A program made the position numbers and the translations under genes. 64,000 bases of DNA, from assembly GCF_009914755.1 (NCBI RefSeq), contig NC_060944.1. The stretch is one strand, 5' to 3'. This document shows positions 62,779-64,000 of this stretch, one piece after another. Every line of letters starts with the position of its first letter. The stretch's first letter is position 1. The DNA is from the human T2T-CHM13v2.0 reference genome, Homo sapiens. Below the pieces are notes generated by a model, which ran no database searches, had not been told where the DNA came from, and worked only from the letters and a program-made list of their open reading frames with translations.

Positions 62779-63414
<636 letters not shown>

Positions 63415-64000
63415 TAGGCCCCAGCATCTTAGTTCCTGTATGGCAAAGGGGCAGCCTGCAGGTCACTCCTCAGTCCAGAAGTCGCTGGTTGAGTCGCCTG
63501 CCTTTAGAACTGAAACAAAGAGTAAGTGTACATCCTGTTCCTGGATCTGTCATCCCTAGAATTCCAAAACAAAGGAACTTACTGCCTTGAGACATGTTTT
63601 AGGCAGGATAAACCAGACTAGCCTCTTGTTTTTTGTTTTTTGTTTTTTCCTTTTTAAATCAGCTTTCATTAAGCTGTTGATTACTTATCCTTTCAGAAAA
63701 AAAATGATACTTTGGAAAAATGCAAGTCAGTGCCATTTGATGCTGGGTGTAGCATAGTGCTTATCAGTGATGTCAGAGTTGCCTTTGGCTCAACAGGAAG
63801 CTTGCTTTTGCAGTGATGGGCTCCCAGCTGGAGGCTCGCTCAAGGTTCTGCTCTCACCGTTGCATCCTCTACATCTCATTCCCAGGCTGTCGATTATGTG
63901 AGGACAGTACATGAGTGTATGCTTTATAGAGCAGATCCTGAGATAGGCTTACTAGATACACCTTATTGGATCACCAAGATCTTGTGTAGAAGGGGCCTTT

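Overview
Primate (human-type) genomic DNA, rich in Alus. Two + strand genes are present. The first is the complete two-exon SLC32A1 gene (vesicular GABA/glycine transporter VGAT/VIAAT; CDS 30877-31266 + 33604-34791 = 525 aa), inside a large CpG island. The second is the first five coding exons of ACTR5 (ARP5, an INO80 subunit; 392 codons, gene continues past the window). From prior knowledge this gene pair lies at human chr20q11.23. The remainder is about 40 Alus plus MIR, L2, old L1, MaLR/ERVL/ERV1 LTRs and hAT MITEs; repeat family names were recognised by eye and should be confirmed with RepeatMasker/Dfam. I found no RNA gene, no CRISPR array and no credible additional protein-coding gene, and I cannot demonstrate a new biological system. 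The best leads are: (1) a perfect 20-bp inverted repeat around a TGAC hexamer array at 17876-17943; (2) a solo HERV-W LTR17 with an internal inversion and a U3 deletion; (3) an SLC32A1 uORF in frame with VGAT and separated from it by a single TAG; (4) an in-frame 3' UTR segment resembling a rodent alternative VGAT C-terminus; (5) two upstream GGCA-NN-TAATTA-NN-GCC elements; (6) several possible NMD switches in ACTR5: an AAG/TAG tandem acceptor that adds a stop, a fused inverted AluY hairpin next to exon 4, and an antisense AluJ poison-exon candidate.
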